Source: Candidatus Omnitrophota bacterium (GTDB lineage Bacteria > Omnitrophota > Gorgyraeia > Aquiviventales > Aquiviventaceae). Taken from it: a stretch of 64,000 nucleotides of DNA. A program made the translations under genes and the position numbers. Below the pieces are notes generated by a model. That model worked only from the letters and a program-made list of their open reading frames with translations, ran no database searches and was not told the origin of the DNA. The stretch is from assembly GCA_023247255.1 (NCBI GenBank), contig JAHFGV010000009.1:2773-66772 (forward strand), given 5' to 3'. This document shows positions 18,188 through 27,147 of the stretch, piece after piece (position 1 is the first letter of the stretch; every line of letters begins with the position of its first letter).

Positions 18188-19078
18188 GTGATGACGATTG
18201 ACGTGGATTCCTACCGTAAACGCTGGCGGGAGGGTATTTGTCTAGACCCGCAGAAAGACATTCCCCAGAATTTTCTGGATGAATTGGAGACATACTCCGG
18301 GTTACCCAGAGAAGAAGCCTCGCGCCTCTTTTATAACGGTACCGAGGAATACGCCAAAGAGTGGCGAGAGAAGTATCAGAATGATCCCAACGCGCGCATT
18401 AAGTTCTATGACGAATCTTTCACGCACATCTTCTTTGTGATGCACAACAGTGCCCTGAACACCGAGCTGAGCAGTCCGCTTTTGTATGTCTACGCCGCCG
18501 ATTGGGCCAAGCGGATGGGGGTGCGCAGCTATTTAGATTACGGATCAGGGACGGGCTCCGGTGCGATGTTTTTTGCGAGGCAGGGAATCGCAACGACCCT
18601 CGCGGATATTTCCAGCAGGATGCTCTCTTTTACCCGCTGGCGTTTCGAGCGACGTGGGCTTCAGGCTAATTATTTGGATTTAAAGCAGGACTCACTTCCC
18701 GAAAACGCTTTCGATATGATCACTTCCTTCCACGTTCTTCAGCACGTCGAGGATCCTGTGGCGACCATGAGACAGTTGCGAAACGCCCTCAAACCGGGAG
18801 GCATCCTGTTGGTTAACGGCGCTCTCAGAAAAGATCGAGAACGCCCCATGCAGCCAGACCACAGGGGTGCTCTGACACGACGCAAGTTCCGCTCGGTAGG
18901 CCTGCAAACGCTATGGCCTCCTATCTATGACATGCGTGAGCTCTCCAACACAACACCTCAGGCCTACCGAAGGATCGAGCGCCCAGCGATCGTAAATGCC
19001 GCAATCGGATTCTTCGACACTTGCGTCACAGCACCCGCTCTTCGTCGATCGCTTTACCTAATGACGCATCCAACATAA
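18188..19078 (+). CDS. class I SAM-dependent methyltransferase
   Basis: Motif I LDYGSGTGSGAMFFARQG, motif post-I/II region LKPGGILLVN. Confidence 0.75.
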   Translation: MMTIDVDSYRKRWREGICLDPQKDIPQNFLDELETYSGLPREEASRLFYNGTEEYAKEWREKYQNDPNARIKFYDESFTHIFFVMHNSALNTELSSPLLYVYAADWAKRMGVRSYLDYGSGTGSGAMFFARQGIATTLADISSRMLSFTRWRFERRGLQANYLDLKQDSLPENAFDMITSFHVLQHVEDPVATMRQLRNALKPGGILLVNGALRKDRERPMQPDHRGALTRRKFRSVGLQTLWPPIYDMRELSNTTPQAYRRIERPAIVNAAIGFFDTCVTAPALRRSLYLMTHPT

Positions 19079-19170
19079 CTGTTTCAAGTGGCACGTAACA
19101 TGTAACGCCCAACGGAGACGTTGATTCCTGACCCCACAGGGGTGTTAGGCAGCGCAATCACACGACGAAC

Positions 19171-20388
19171 ATGCCAACGATACAGTGGGTCAATGAACCG
19201 CAGCCTTTAAGGCTAGACGACTACGTTCAGGCGAAGGCCACACTCATCCAGCGCGTGATGGGTTTGGAAGGGGTTCTTGCCGTCTACGAGCACAGGAAAA
19301 AGGGAGATGCCTACGATCTGGGTATCTCAGACATTGACCCCGCAGTGGTTACCGAGGAGAGACTTCCAGAGAAGACCTGTCAGGTATTAAGAGCCCTTTC
19401 TAAGGATCCCGAGATCGTTAAGTTGCTTCGGGCGGCTGTGAGTGCTATTCCTTTGAGCGTATTTCAGGATCCTACCCGACAAGCCCTCTCCCATCTTTGT
19501 CTTTTGGCAGGCTCTACCCAGCAGGTGCAAACTTTCTCCGAAGCCGAGGGTACCATGACGCGTGTGTTTGCAGCAGCGGAGCAGGCTGGTCGAGCGACGA
19601 TTTCGTTGATGCAGCGTCTGCACGATCGGCGTTGGAACGTTTTGGGGACACTCGGAAACTTGAAGGGGGTCATGCATAACGCCCTTAACGCCTTAGGCCC
19701 TATTGAAGGTTGGCCGGAGGAGTTTCAAGATTGGTGGATGCGCGTGAGTCGATTACGACACCATTGGTTCTCGTTGGGACACGAGCGCTATGAAGAATTG
19801 GTGGGACTGACACAGTTAGGATACCTGCTTTCGATGCGTACCTGCTGGAAGTTAGACGCGATCTTCAAGGCTGAGGGTTTGGTGGGGTCTGGGAATACGC
19901 GATTCGTCCTCTGTCCCACTCCTCATCGGGATCTTCTCTGTTTCATCGATTCCGAAGCAGAGCAGGATCGTATACTCTCGCGGCTTGCGGCACGATGCCA
20001 GGGTTGGAACGTGGTGTGCCTTCCGAAGACTTTCTACGCGCAGGCCATCGAAATGACGGCTTATGCTTCCGGATCCTTTAGGGACCTTTTGGTTCAGTGT
20101 CTCGGTACCGATAAACCTCATCCTTCAACGCAACTGAGCGAGTTATCCAAGTCAGTGCTTGGCCGACGCGTGAGGGTGCAGCAGGCGTATTTGGAGTTTT
20201 TAGAGTCCCATCGATTTCCTCGAATTGGCTGCGAAGGTACTTGGTGGCTACGTCTTGGGCGAGCGGCAGGCTCCACAAAGAAAAGCTCACACTGGTTGGT
20301 GAACTCCTTCAAAGGGCTGGGGCTTCAGATTCAGACAGCGCAGGTGGTTCTGCGAGCAAAAGCCACTCTTTTCGCTAACGCATCATGA
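19171..20388 (+). CDS. hypothetical protein (405 aa)
   Basis: Long ORF in operon context between methyltransferase and GT; no confident motif (weak HRDL-like segment only). Confidence 0.45.
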   Translation: MPTIQWVNEPQPLRLDDYVQAKATLIQRVMGLEGVLAVYEHRKKGDAYDLGISDIDPAVVTEERLPEKTCQVLRALSKDPEIVKLLRAAVSAIPLSVFQDPTRQALSHLCLLAGSTQQVQTFSEAEGTMTRVFAAAEQAGRATISLMQRLHDRRWNVLGTLGNLKGVMHNALNALGPIEGWPEEFQDWWMRVSRLRHHWFSLGHERYEELVGLTQLGYLLSMRTCWKLDAIFKAEGLVGSGNTRFVLCPTPHRDLLCFIDSEAEQDRILSRLAARCQGWNVVCLPKTFYAQAIEMTAYASGSFRDLLVQCLGTDKPHPSTQLSELSKSVLGRRVRVQQAYLEFLESHRFPRIGCEGTWWLRLGRAAGSTKKSSHWLVNSFKGLGLQIQTAQVVLRAKATLFANAS

Positions 20389-22520
20389 AACCTCTAGTCA
20401 GCATCATTATCCCAACGCGCAATCGGGCCGAGACGTTTTTGCCTCAGGCGATTCGCTCTGTCGTCGCACAGACCTACGCGAATTGGGAGATGTTCGTCGT
20501 GGACGATGCCTCGACGGATAATACCGCTTCTGTGGTCGCTCTTTTTGCGCATAACGACCCGCGGATTCGGTATCTGCGAGCCCAAGGCAAAGGACCTGGC
20601 ATGGCGCGAAAGATCGCCTCCCAACAGATCTCTGGGGAGTATCTTGCTTTTCTCGATGACGATGATGTGTGGCTTCCGGATAAGCTCGACATCCAGATGG
20701 GGTATTTCAATCAGCATCCTGAGGTGGCACTACTCTACACGAAGGCGATCGTGATTGATGGACAAAACAAGTCTTGTGGGGAGAAACCTTCAGGGCCTGC
20801 GACGCGAACGTTTCAAGACTTGATCGAGCGTAACGCCATCGTTCTTTCCTCAGCCCTGGTGCGTCGCTCTTCTTTTGAGAAAGTCGGTGGGTTTGATGGA
20901 TACATCAGCCCTTCTGAGGACTACTACTTGTGGCTGCGCATCAGCCGACTCTATCCGATTGCTTATCTGGAGCAGTCCTTGGTTCACTACCGAAGACATC
21001 AGACGAATTTTTCCAGTCAGGCCGCTTGGAAGCGATTGCAGAAGGCGGTGGAGATATTCGAGCGCATCCAGCGATTGCCCCTCGCTGTGGAGGATCGTGT
21101 ACGCGTAGAGCGTCGACTCCGTCACCTGCGCTACCTTTATGGGAGACATCTCATTTTTAATCACCAACTTCCCGAAGCCCGCTGCCAATTCCAGAGCCTC
21201 CTGAAACTTGAGGGAAACTCCTCCTTGAACGACTCTTTACGTGCCCTAGGTTTGTGTGGGCTCACGTGGGCTCCTCGACCGGTTTTGGACGTTCTCCGTC
21301 GCCGATGGCAAAGGCAGGAACCGCAGTTGTTTTTTTCAGGAAAACCGGGCAATTCCGCGATGACCCCAATGGCCCATCGGATTGTCTATGTGGAGGCAGG
21401 CTCAGGTACGGGAGGATCGGCGAAATCCCTGTATCGGCTCTTAACCCACCTTAACCGGAGGCGATGGCAGCCGATCGTCATCATGCATGAGACCGCCCCG
21501 ATTGTATCGCGCATCCGGGAGATGGGCATTGAGGTTCATGTCAGACGATTGCGTCCGAAGATGGATGAGGATCGGCCCAGCTCAGGCGGATTTGGGAAGA
21601 ACCTGGTTGGTTTTCATCTGCCGCTGGCGCTCGAATTATGGAAGCTCTTCAGGGGCACGCGTCCAGCGTTGATTCATCTCAACAACAGCCCACAAGTAGG
21701 CCTCGCTGCCATCGTGGTTGCCCGGATGCTTGGCATTCCAGTGGTTTCTCATCTGCGAACGACGCGTGGCCTCAGCCGGCTTGAAAAACGGTTGATGCCA
21801 GGGATCCGTCGACTGATCGTTCTGAGCCAGCCGATGGCGCATCTTTGCAGAGCCGAGGGGTTGACGGATGCAAAGTTCTGCGTGATCCCCGATGGCGTGG
21901 AGATTTCTGAGTCACAGGCGACTAGCCGATTGATGGCGCGAGAAGCGTTGGGATTGGACGCAGAAGGTCCCGTTATCGGGATCGTTGGTCGCTTGATTCC
22001 CTTTAAAGGCCATGAAGATTTCTTCCGCGCCGGGGCCCTTTTGGCAAAGCGACATCCGGGTTTACGTTTCGTCGTCGCTGGCGGGTTCGTTCCCGAGACT
22101 AACGGGTTTGAACAACGATTGCATCGACTCGTCGACTCTCTCGGCTTGACATCGTCGGTGCGATGGCTGGGATGGCGAACACATACGGAAGAAGTGTATG
22201 CGGCACTCGATGTGTTGACGATGCCTTCGCAAGTAGCCGAGGGGCTTCCCTCGACGATTCTTGAAGCGATGGCGAGTGGCATTCCGGTGGTCGCTTCAGA
22301 CATCGGAGGCATTCCCGACGTAGTCGCTCATGGCTCGACCGGTTTTCTGGTGCCGCCTAAGGATCCCCATCGATTGGCGGAGGCTGTCGGGATGCTTCTG
22401 AGTCAACCGACTCTGCGGCAATCATTCGCTCATGCAGCGCTAGAGCGCGTTCGGCAATTCGATATACAGATCACCGTGAAACGTCTGGAAAGCCTGTATG
22501 AAGAATGTGTGCAAGGATGA
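20385..22520 (+). CDS. bifunctional glycosyltransferase: N-terminal GT2 fused to C-terminal GT4
   Basis: N-term MKPLVSIIIPTRNRAE...FLDDDD (GT2); C-term EGLPSTILEAMASGIPVVASDIGGIPDVV (GT4 E-x7-E region). Confidence 0.8.
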   Translation: MKPLVSIIIPTRNRAETFLPQAIRSVVAQTYANWEMFVVDDASTDNTASVVALFAHNDPRIRYLRAQGKGPGMARKIASQQISGEYLAFLDDDDVWLPDKLDIQMGYFNQHPEVALLYTKAIVIDGQNKSCGEKPSGPATRTFQDLIERNAIVLSSALVRRSSFEKVGGFDGYISPSEDYYLWLRISRLYPIAYLEQSLVHYRRHQTNFSSQAAWKRLQKAVEIFERIQRLPLAVEDRVRVERRLRHLRYLYGRHLIFNHQLPEARCQFQSLLKLEGNSSLNDSLRALGLCGLTWAPRPVLDVLRRRWQRQEPQLFFSGKPGNSAMTPMAHRIVYVEAGSGTGGSAKSLYRLLTHLNRRRWQPIVIMHETAPIVSRIREMGIEVHVRRLRPKMDEDRPSSGGFGKNLVGFHLPLALELWKLFRGTRPALIHLNNSPQVGLAAIVVARMLGIPVVSHLRTTRGLSRLEKRLMPGIRRLIVLSQPMAHLCRAEGLTDAKFCVIPDGVEISESQATSRLMAREALGLDAEGPVIGIVGRLIPFKGHEDFFRAGALLAKRHPGLRFVVAGGFVPETNGFEQRLHRLVDSLGLTSSVRWLGWRTHTEEVYAALDVLTMPSQVAEGLPSTILEAMASGIPVVASDIGGIPDVVAHGSTGFLVPPKDPHRLAEAVGMLLSQPTLRQSFAHAALERVRQFDIQITVKRLESLYEECVQG

Positions 22521-25357
22521 AGAATCGCTTCCTAAGACTTAAGCGAGGGATCAAACGACTGCTGGCACATCTCGCTCTGGCGAGTGGGCTCTTGGCTTTG
22601 ATCCGTTGGATATCCGGGCAGCGTCAGGATCGCTTTGCCATCCTGATGTATCACCGGCTAGGTCCCCAAGGACTTCCTCAAGAGGTGTTCGCGCATCAGA
22701 TGCGCTACGTCTCAAAACACTATCGATTGCTTCCGCTGGAAGAATTGGTCAGGCGGCACGTTCACAAAGAACCCATGCCACGCGGGGCAATGGCCATCAC
22801 CTTTGACGACGGCTACCGAGATTGTCTTGAAGTGGCGCAGCCGATTCTTTCATCGCTTGGTTTGCCAGCGACGGTGTTTCCCGTGGTCTCAGGGATTAAG
22901 GATGCGCAGCCCTTGTGGACGCATGTGGTCACGACGGTGTGTGAGCATCTTCCAGCAAACGAGGTATCGGTTCCCTTGGACTCTGAAACCCGACGTTACT
23001 CATGGAGAAACGATGCCGAACGCGGTCTGGTTGCTGAGACGATCAAGGAACAGCTCAAGCGTTTGGACAGCCAGTCGTTTGAGCGCGCTTTAGCGTTCTT
23101 GAAAGCGCAATGCCCTGACTGGAAACGCTTGACATGGGAGCAAGCGCCCATCGTGGATCGTCAGGGACTCCTGACGCTGCAAAAGTCCGGTTGGAATGTG
23201 GGTGCGCACACCGTGACTCATCCGATTCTCAGTCGCCTCTCGTTGGATCAGCTTCGCGGAGAGATCGAAGGTTCCAAACGTTGGCTTGAGGAACAGTTGA
23301 AGGAACCGGTGAGCGTGTTTTGTTATCCGAACGGAAAGTCTGACGACTACAATCCAGCAGTCATTCAGATCGTAGAAGCGTCTGGCTTCTCGGCAGCCTG
23401 CACCGCTGAGGAAGGCTGGAACGATGACACAACGTCCCCTTGGCAGATGAAGCGCCTGGTAACTTCAGAGCTTTCTCTGGCTGTCTTTGCCTGCGGGTTG
23501 GAATCGCTCTTTGCTCCTCGTCGTTGTCTGCACGCGCTTCGTGAGGGATGTCTCTTTTCGATCTCGAAGCTGAAGCGATTGGTTCTACGTGGGGGACTCC
23601 GTGCGCTGTGGGATTGGATGAAGGAACGACTGTGGATGGATCGAGAAGGGATTTTAATGACACTTCTTCTCAATCAGCCGCTGCGCATTCCACGAGCTAA
23701 GATTTTCTGCAACTACGCCTGGGCGAGTGAAGATGACCTAAAGAACTTACCGAATGTATTCCCGAGCCTTAACCCTCAGGTGATTCGCAAGCGCTATGAG
23801 CATGGGGATCGCTGTTGGGTAGGACGGAGAGAGACAAAGATCGTAACCTTCATGTGGATCGGCCGAGCAGCATGGGATGTTTGGTATTTCAGAGGCGAGA
23901 TTCCTTTGCTTCCTCACCAATGCTACAGCTATAACGCCTTTACTATCCCCTCCGCTCGAGGCTTGGGTGTGTTTCCTCAATGTGTGGAAGCTGCCCGGCA
24001 GGCACTCCTTGAAGAGGGGGTCACTTCTTTACTCGGTGTTGTGGATTCCAGAAACAGCGTTTCCTTACGGACCCTCAAGCGCTTCGGGATGTTTACCAGT
24101 GGCAGCCTATCGTTGAGGCGGCAATGGGGTTTCATGAAGCGTCGGATCGTTAAAATCACAGATGTGGAATCATCCCGTCATTCTAGCCATTCGTCGCTCA
24201 AACCCCTGTTGCGTCATCACCTCCCAGTCGCTGTGGTCTTAGGGCAGGGAAGAACAGGGCTCGGCGTGAATCGGCTCTTGGGGCGTCTGGGCATTCGGGT
24301 AGTCGGCGTCGATGCCGATGGACAAGCCTTGGGATTTCGTTCCCGTTACGTCACCCCGCAGCAAATCTCATGGGGAGAGACTCAGACGCTGTTGCAACTT
24401 TGCAAGGACCTGCGTCGAGGCACGGATGTCAAACCCGTTCTGATTCCCACATCGGATGATACGGTGCGATGGTTGATGAAGGATTGGGATGTTCTGGCAT
24501 CATCCATGCAGTGCTTGGCTCCAGAGCTCTCTGTCTGGGACATGCTCATGGACAAAAAACGCTGCCTGGAGGCTGCTGCTGCTTTAGGGGTCCACACGCC
24601 CAAAACATTTCGTGCGGATGAGGCTTTGCATGAGAGAGAGGGTCAGGGCTTCATTTATCCATGCGTTTTAAAGCCCATCGATAGACGAGCGATTTCCGGC
24701 CTTAATGGAGAGAAGGTATTTCTGCCGAAGGCTCGCGAGGAGATCCAAAGGGTGATCGCAGGTCTGGGCAGTCGACCTGAGCAATGGGTGGTCCAGGAGT
24801 TGATCCCGGGAGAGGATCGCTCTCATGGATCCTGCGCTGTGTGTTTGGGGCATCAGGGAGAAGTGTTGGGAGTTTTCACCAGTAGGAAGTTGCGTCAGTA
24901 TCCACCAGGCTACGGGATTGCGACGATCTGTGAAAGCGCTTGGGAGAGTGTTTTGGCTGAGCAAGCGATTCGGTTCCTACAAGGAGTGGGTTTCCGCGGG
25001 GTAGCAGAGGTGGAGTTCAAGCAGGATGCACAGGACGGAAAATGGAAGTTGATCGAAGTCAATCCTCGTCTTTGGATTCAGCACACGCTTGCTGCTCGAT
25101 GTGGGGTGAACCTGGCCTATGTCCTCTACCTGGCAACGATCGGTTTGGAACCCAAGCCATTGCCACGACAGAAAGAGAACATCCGATGGATTGCGGCAGA
25201 ACTGGATTGGTTCTCGCTGCGCCAAATCGCGCGTCAGCGTCGAGTGAATTGGCAGGAGTGGACTGAGGGTTTTCGGGCAGAGCGGGAGACTTCCTTGTGG
25301 CAGTGGGACGATCCCCGTCCGGCTATCCACCGTGCGCGGGAGCTCATGAGTTCTTAG
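22505..25357 (+). CDS. trifunctional fusion: polysaccharide deacetylase (NodB) – FemAB/GNAT-like acyltransferase – ATP-grasp ligase
   Basis: res ~95-110 MAITFDDGYRDC (NodB motif 1); res ~400-540 FemAB/GNAT-like; res ~690-870 VLKPIDRRAISGLNGEKVFL...ELIPGED...AEVEFKQD...KLIEVNPRLW (ATP-grasp). Confidence 0.7.
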   Translation: MCARMKNRFLRLKRGIKRLLAHLALASGLLALIRWISGQRQDRFAILMYHRLGPQGLPQEVFAHQMRYVSKHYRLLPLEELVRRHVHKEPMPRGAMAITFDDGYRDCLEVAQPILSSLGLPATVFPVVSGIKDAQPLWTHVVTTVCEHLPANEVSVPLDSETRRYSWRNDAERGLVAETIKEQLKRLDSQSFERALAFLKAQCPDWKRLTWEQAPIVDRQGLLTLQKSGWNVGAHTVTHPILSRLSLDQLRGEIEGSKRWLEEQLKEPVSVFCYPNGKSDDYNPAVIQIVEASGFSAACTAEEGWNDDTTSPWQMKRLVTSELSLAVFACGLESLFAPRRCLHALREGCLFSISKLKRLVLRGGLRALWDWMKERLWMDREGILMTLLLNQPLRIPRAKIFCNYAWASEDDLKNLPNVFPSLNPQVIRKRYEHGDRCWVGRRETKIVTFMWIGRAAWDVWYFRGEIPLLPHQCYSYNAFTIPSARGLGVFPQCVEAARQALLEEGVTSLLGVVDSRNSVSLRTLKRFGMFTSGSLSLRRQWGFMKRRIVKITDVESSRHSSHSSLKPLLRHHLPVAVVLGQGRTGLGVNRLLGRLGIRVVGVDADGQALGFRSRYVTPQQISWGETQTLLQLCKDLRRGTDVKPVLIPTSDDTVRWLMKDWDVLASSMQCLAPELSVWDMLMDKKRCLEAAAALGVHTPKTFRADEALHEREGQGFIYPCVLKPIDRRAISGLNGEKVFLPKAREEIQRVIAGLGSRPEQWVVQELIPGEDRSHGSCAVCLGHQGEVLGVFTSRKLRQYPPGYGIATICESAWESVLAEQAIRFLQGVGFRGVAEVEFKQDAQDGKWKLIEVNPRLWIQHTLAARCGVNLAYVLYLATIGLEPKPLPRQKENIRWIAAELDWFSLRQIARQRRVNWQEWTEGFRAERETSLWQWDDPRPAIHRARELMSS

Positions 25358-25638
25358 TTGGACAAACGTATGCGTCGGTTGCCTCTATCGATTGCAGCGC
25401 CGCTTGCAGTGAATGTTTCGCGAAAGATGATAGAAACAGCAGTCTGGTCTTTGGGGAGTTTAAGGCGAGCGCTGAGAATACGTTGGGCAGCGCGTTGCAT
25501 AGTTTCTCGTCGACTCGCTGTGGGCGTCAAAGGATGATTGGTCAGGTACATGCGGATGGCCTCGCGCACGCGTTCACTGCGACTCCGATGCTCGGCTTTT
25601 GCCAAGGTATCCACCCAGAACCACGAAGATATATCCAA
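25354..25638 (-). CDS. possible ribbon-helix-helix (CopG-like) small protein
   Basis: TTG-start ORF; VDTLAKAEHRSRSERVREAIRMYL fits the RHH helixA-G/SRSE-helixB signature; convergent with the 950-aa gene (4-nt overlap); no clear RBS. Confidence 0.3.
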   Translation of the reverse strand: MDISSWFWVDTLAKAEHRSRSERVREAIRMYLTNHPLTPTASRRETMQRAAQRILSARLKLPKDQTAVSIIFRETFTASGAAIDRGNRRIRLSN

Positions 25639-25653
25639 CTGAAAAGGATGTAG

Positions 25654-27120
25654 ATGGCTTTCAAGTCCTTTAACACGGCGATTCCGGTTGCGCTGCAGAC
25701 GCGGCGAGCGCTCCCCACCATTGACCGGCGCATATGGCTCATGGCGGTTTTGGCCTGTGGGTTTGCGGTCTTGGTGATGAAGGAGGTCGCATTGCCTTCA
25801 TCCCTCATCTTAGTTTTTGGGGGGCTGGGACTCTTCGCTTTGTTTGCAGTCGGCCTCCAGAGTCCGGAGATTCCGTTCTACGTGCTGGTTGCTTACCTCC
25901 CGTTTAGCCGTCTACTCGTCGGTGATTTCGGTACCCAGGCGACGGCGCTGAATCTTACCAACATCTTCACCTTAGGGGTGTTCATCGCTCATGTGTTTCG
26001 GCAAGGAGCGCGTGGACAAGCCCCATTTCAATCCACACCGTTGAATCGTATGATCTCGTTGTTCTGCGCCTTAGGGGCGGCCGCTTTGATACGGGCGGGT
26101 TGGGATTATGGTTCCTGGTATGCCTGGCACTATCTCATTCCCCTCAAGCGTTGGCTTACCCCGATGTTTCTTTACTTCCTCACGCTTTGGGTGGTGCGAG
26201 ATAAAAGAGTGCTGAAGACTTCAGCGATCCTCATCATGATCGTCGTGACTCTGGTTGCCCTCATGGCGATTCGGGATTACATGAATGTCGAGGGAAGCGG
26301 CTTTGAAGCCTCGCGCATCGGAGGGATCGCCGAACATTCCAATACCTTGGGGGCTTTCTTCGTCTACTACATGTTTTTACATCTAGGTTTCTTCCTCACC
26401 CACACTTCGAGGCCTCGAGCGTGGCTTTTATTGATTCCGTTTCTGCTTTGCTTCCGGGGAATCATGGTGACATTCTCCCGCGGGGCTTACCTGGCATTCG
26501 CGATAGGATCTCTGGCAGCCTGTTGGTTTCGACATAAGCTCTTGTTCGTTACCGCCGTAGTCGCACTGGTGTTTGCGATTCTCAATCCGACGTTGTTGCC
26601 TTCAGGGATTCGCTACCGGATGGGAATGACGATAATTCATCATGATACGGGTGTGGTTCAAGAGGACATCACGCAGAACCTCGAGGGCAGCTCGGCCTCG
26701 CGTATTGAGATATGGCGCGGAGCGCTCAAGATGATCCAGGATCATCCTTGGTGGGGGGTCGGTTACGAAGCCTTTCCTCGGTTCATGCCAAGTTATACCG
26801 AGGGAAAGATCGGATACATGGACGCCCATAATAGCTATCTCTTAATCGCTGCAGAGATGGGTTTACCGACTCTCGGTGTCTTTCTACTCGTTCTTTTAAT
26901 GATTGGATACTATACCCACTGGCTCTATCGGCATGCCCAGGACAAGGCGTTGAAGGCTATCGCCCTGGGATTCTTGGCGGGGTTGGCCGGGCTGTGGGTG
27001 GCGAATCTCTTCGGTTCACGCATGGACCACGCAGAGGTATCCGGATACTTCTGGATTATTTGTGGCCTTATTATGCGCGGCGTGTTGATTGAGCGGCAGG
27101 AATTAGCACACAGCAAATAG
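25654..27120 (+). CDS. O-antigen ligase/polymerase family membrane protein (Wzy_C-like)
   Basis: ~11 TM helices with a periplasmic loop; DAHNSYLLIAAEMGLPTLGVFLL matches the O-antigen ligase/Wzy_C motif. Confidence 0.65.
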   Translation: MAFKSFNTAIPVALQTRRALPTIDRRIWLMAVLACGFAVLVMKEVALPSSLILVFGGLGLFALFAVGLQSPEIPFYVLVAYLPFSRLLVGDFGTQATALNLTNIFTLGVFIAHVFRQGARGQAPFQSTPLNRMISLFCALGAAALIRAGWDYGSWYAWHYLIPLKRWLTPMFLYFLTLWVVRDKRVLKTSAILIMIVVTLVALMAIRDYMNVEGSGFEASRIGGIAEHSNTLGAFFVYYMFLHLGFFLTHTSRPRAWLLLIPFLLCFRGIMVTFSRGAYLAFAIGSLAACWFRHKLLFVTAVVALVFAILNPTLLPSGIRYRMGMTIIHHDTGVVQEDITQNLEGSSASRIEIWRGALKMIQDHPWWGVGYEAFPRFMPSYTEGKIGYMDAHNSYLLIAAEMGLPTLGVFLLVLLMIGYYTHWLYRHAQDKALKAIALGFLAGLAGLWVANLFGSRMDHAEVSGYFWIICGLIMRGVLIERQELAHSK

Positions 27121-27147
27121 CACACAGCACATGGCAGACACAACGGA

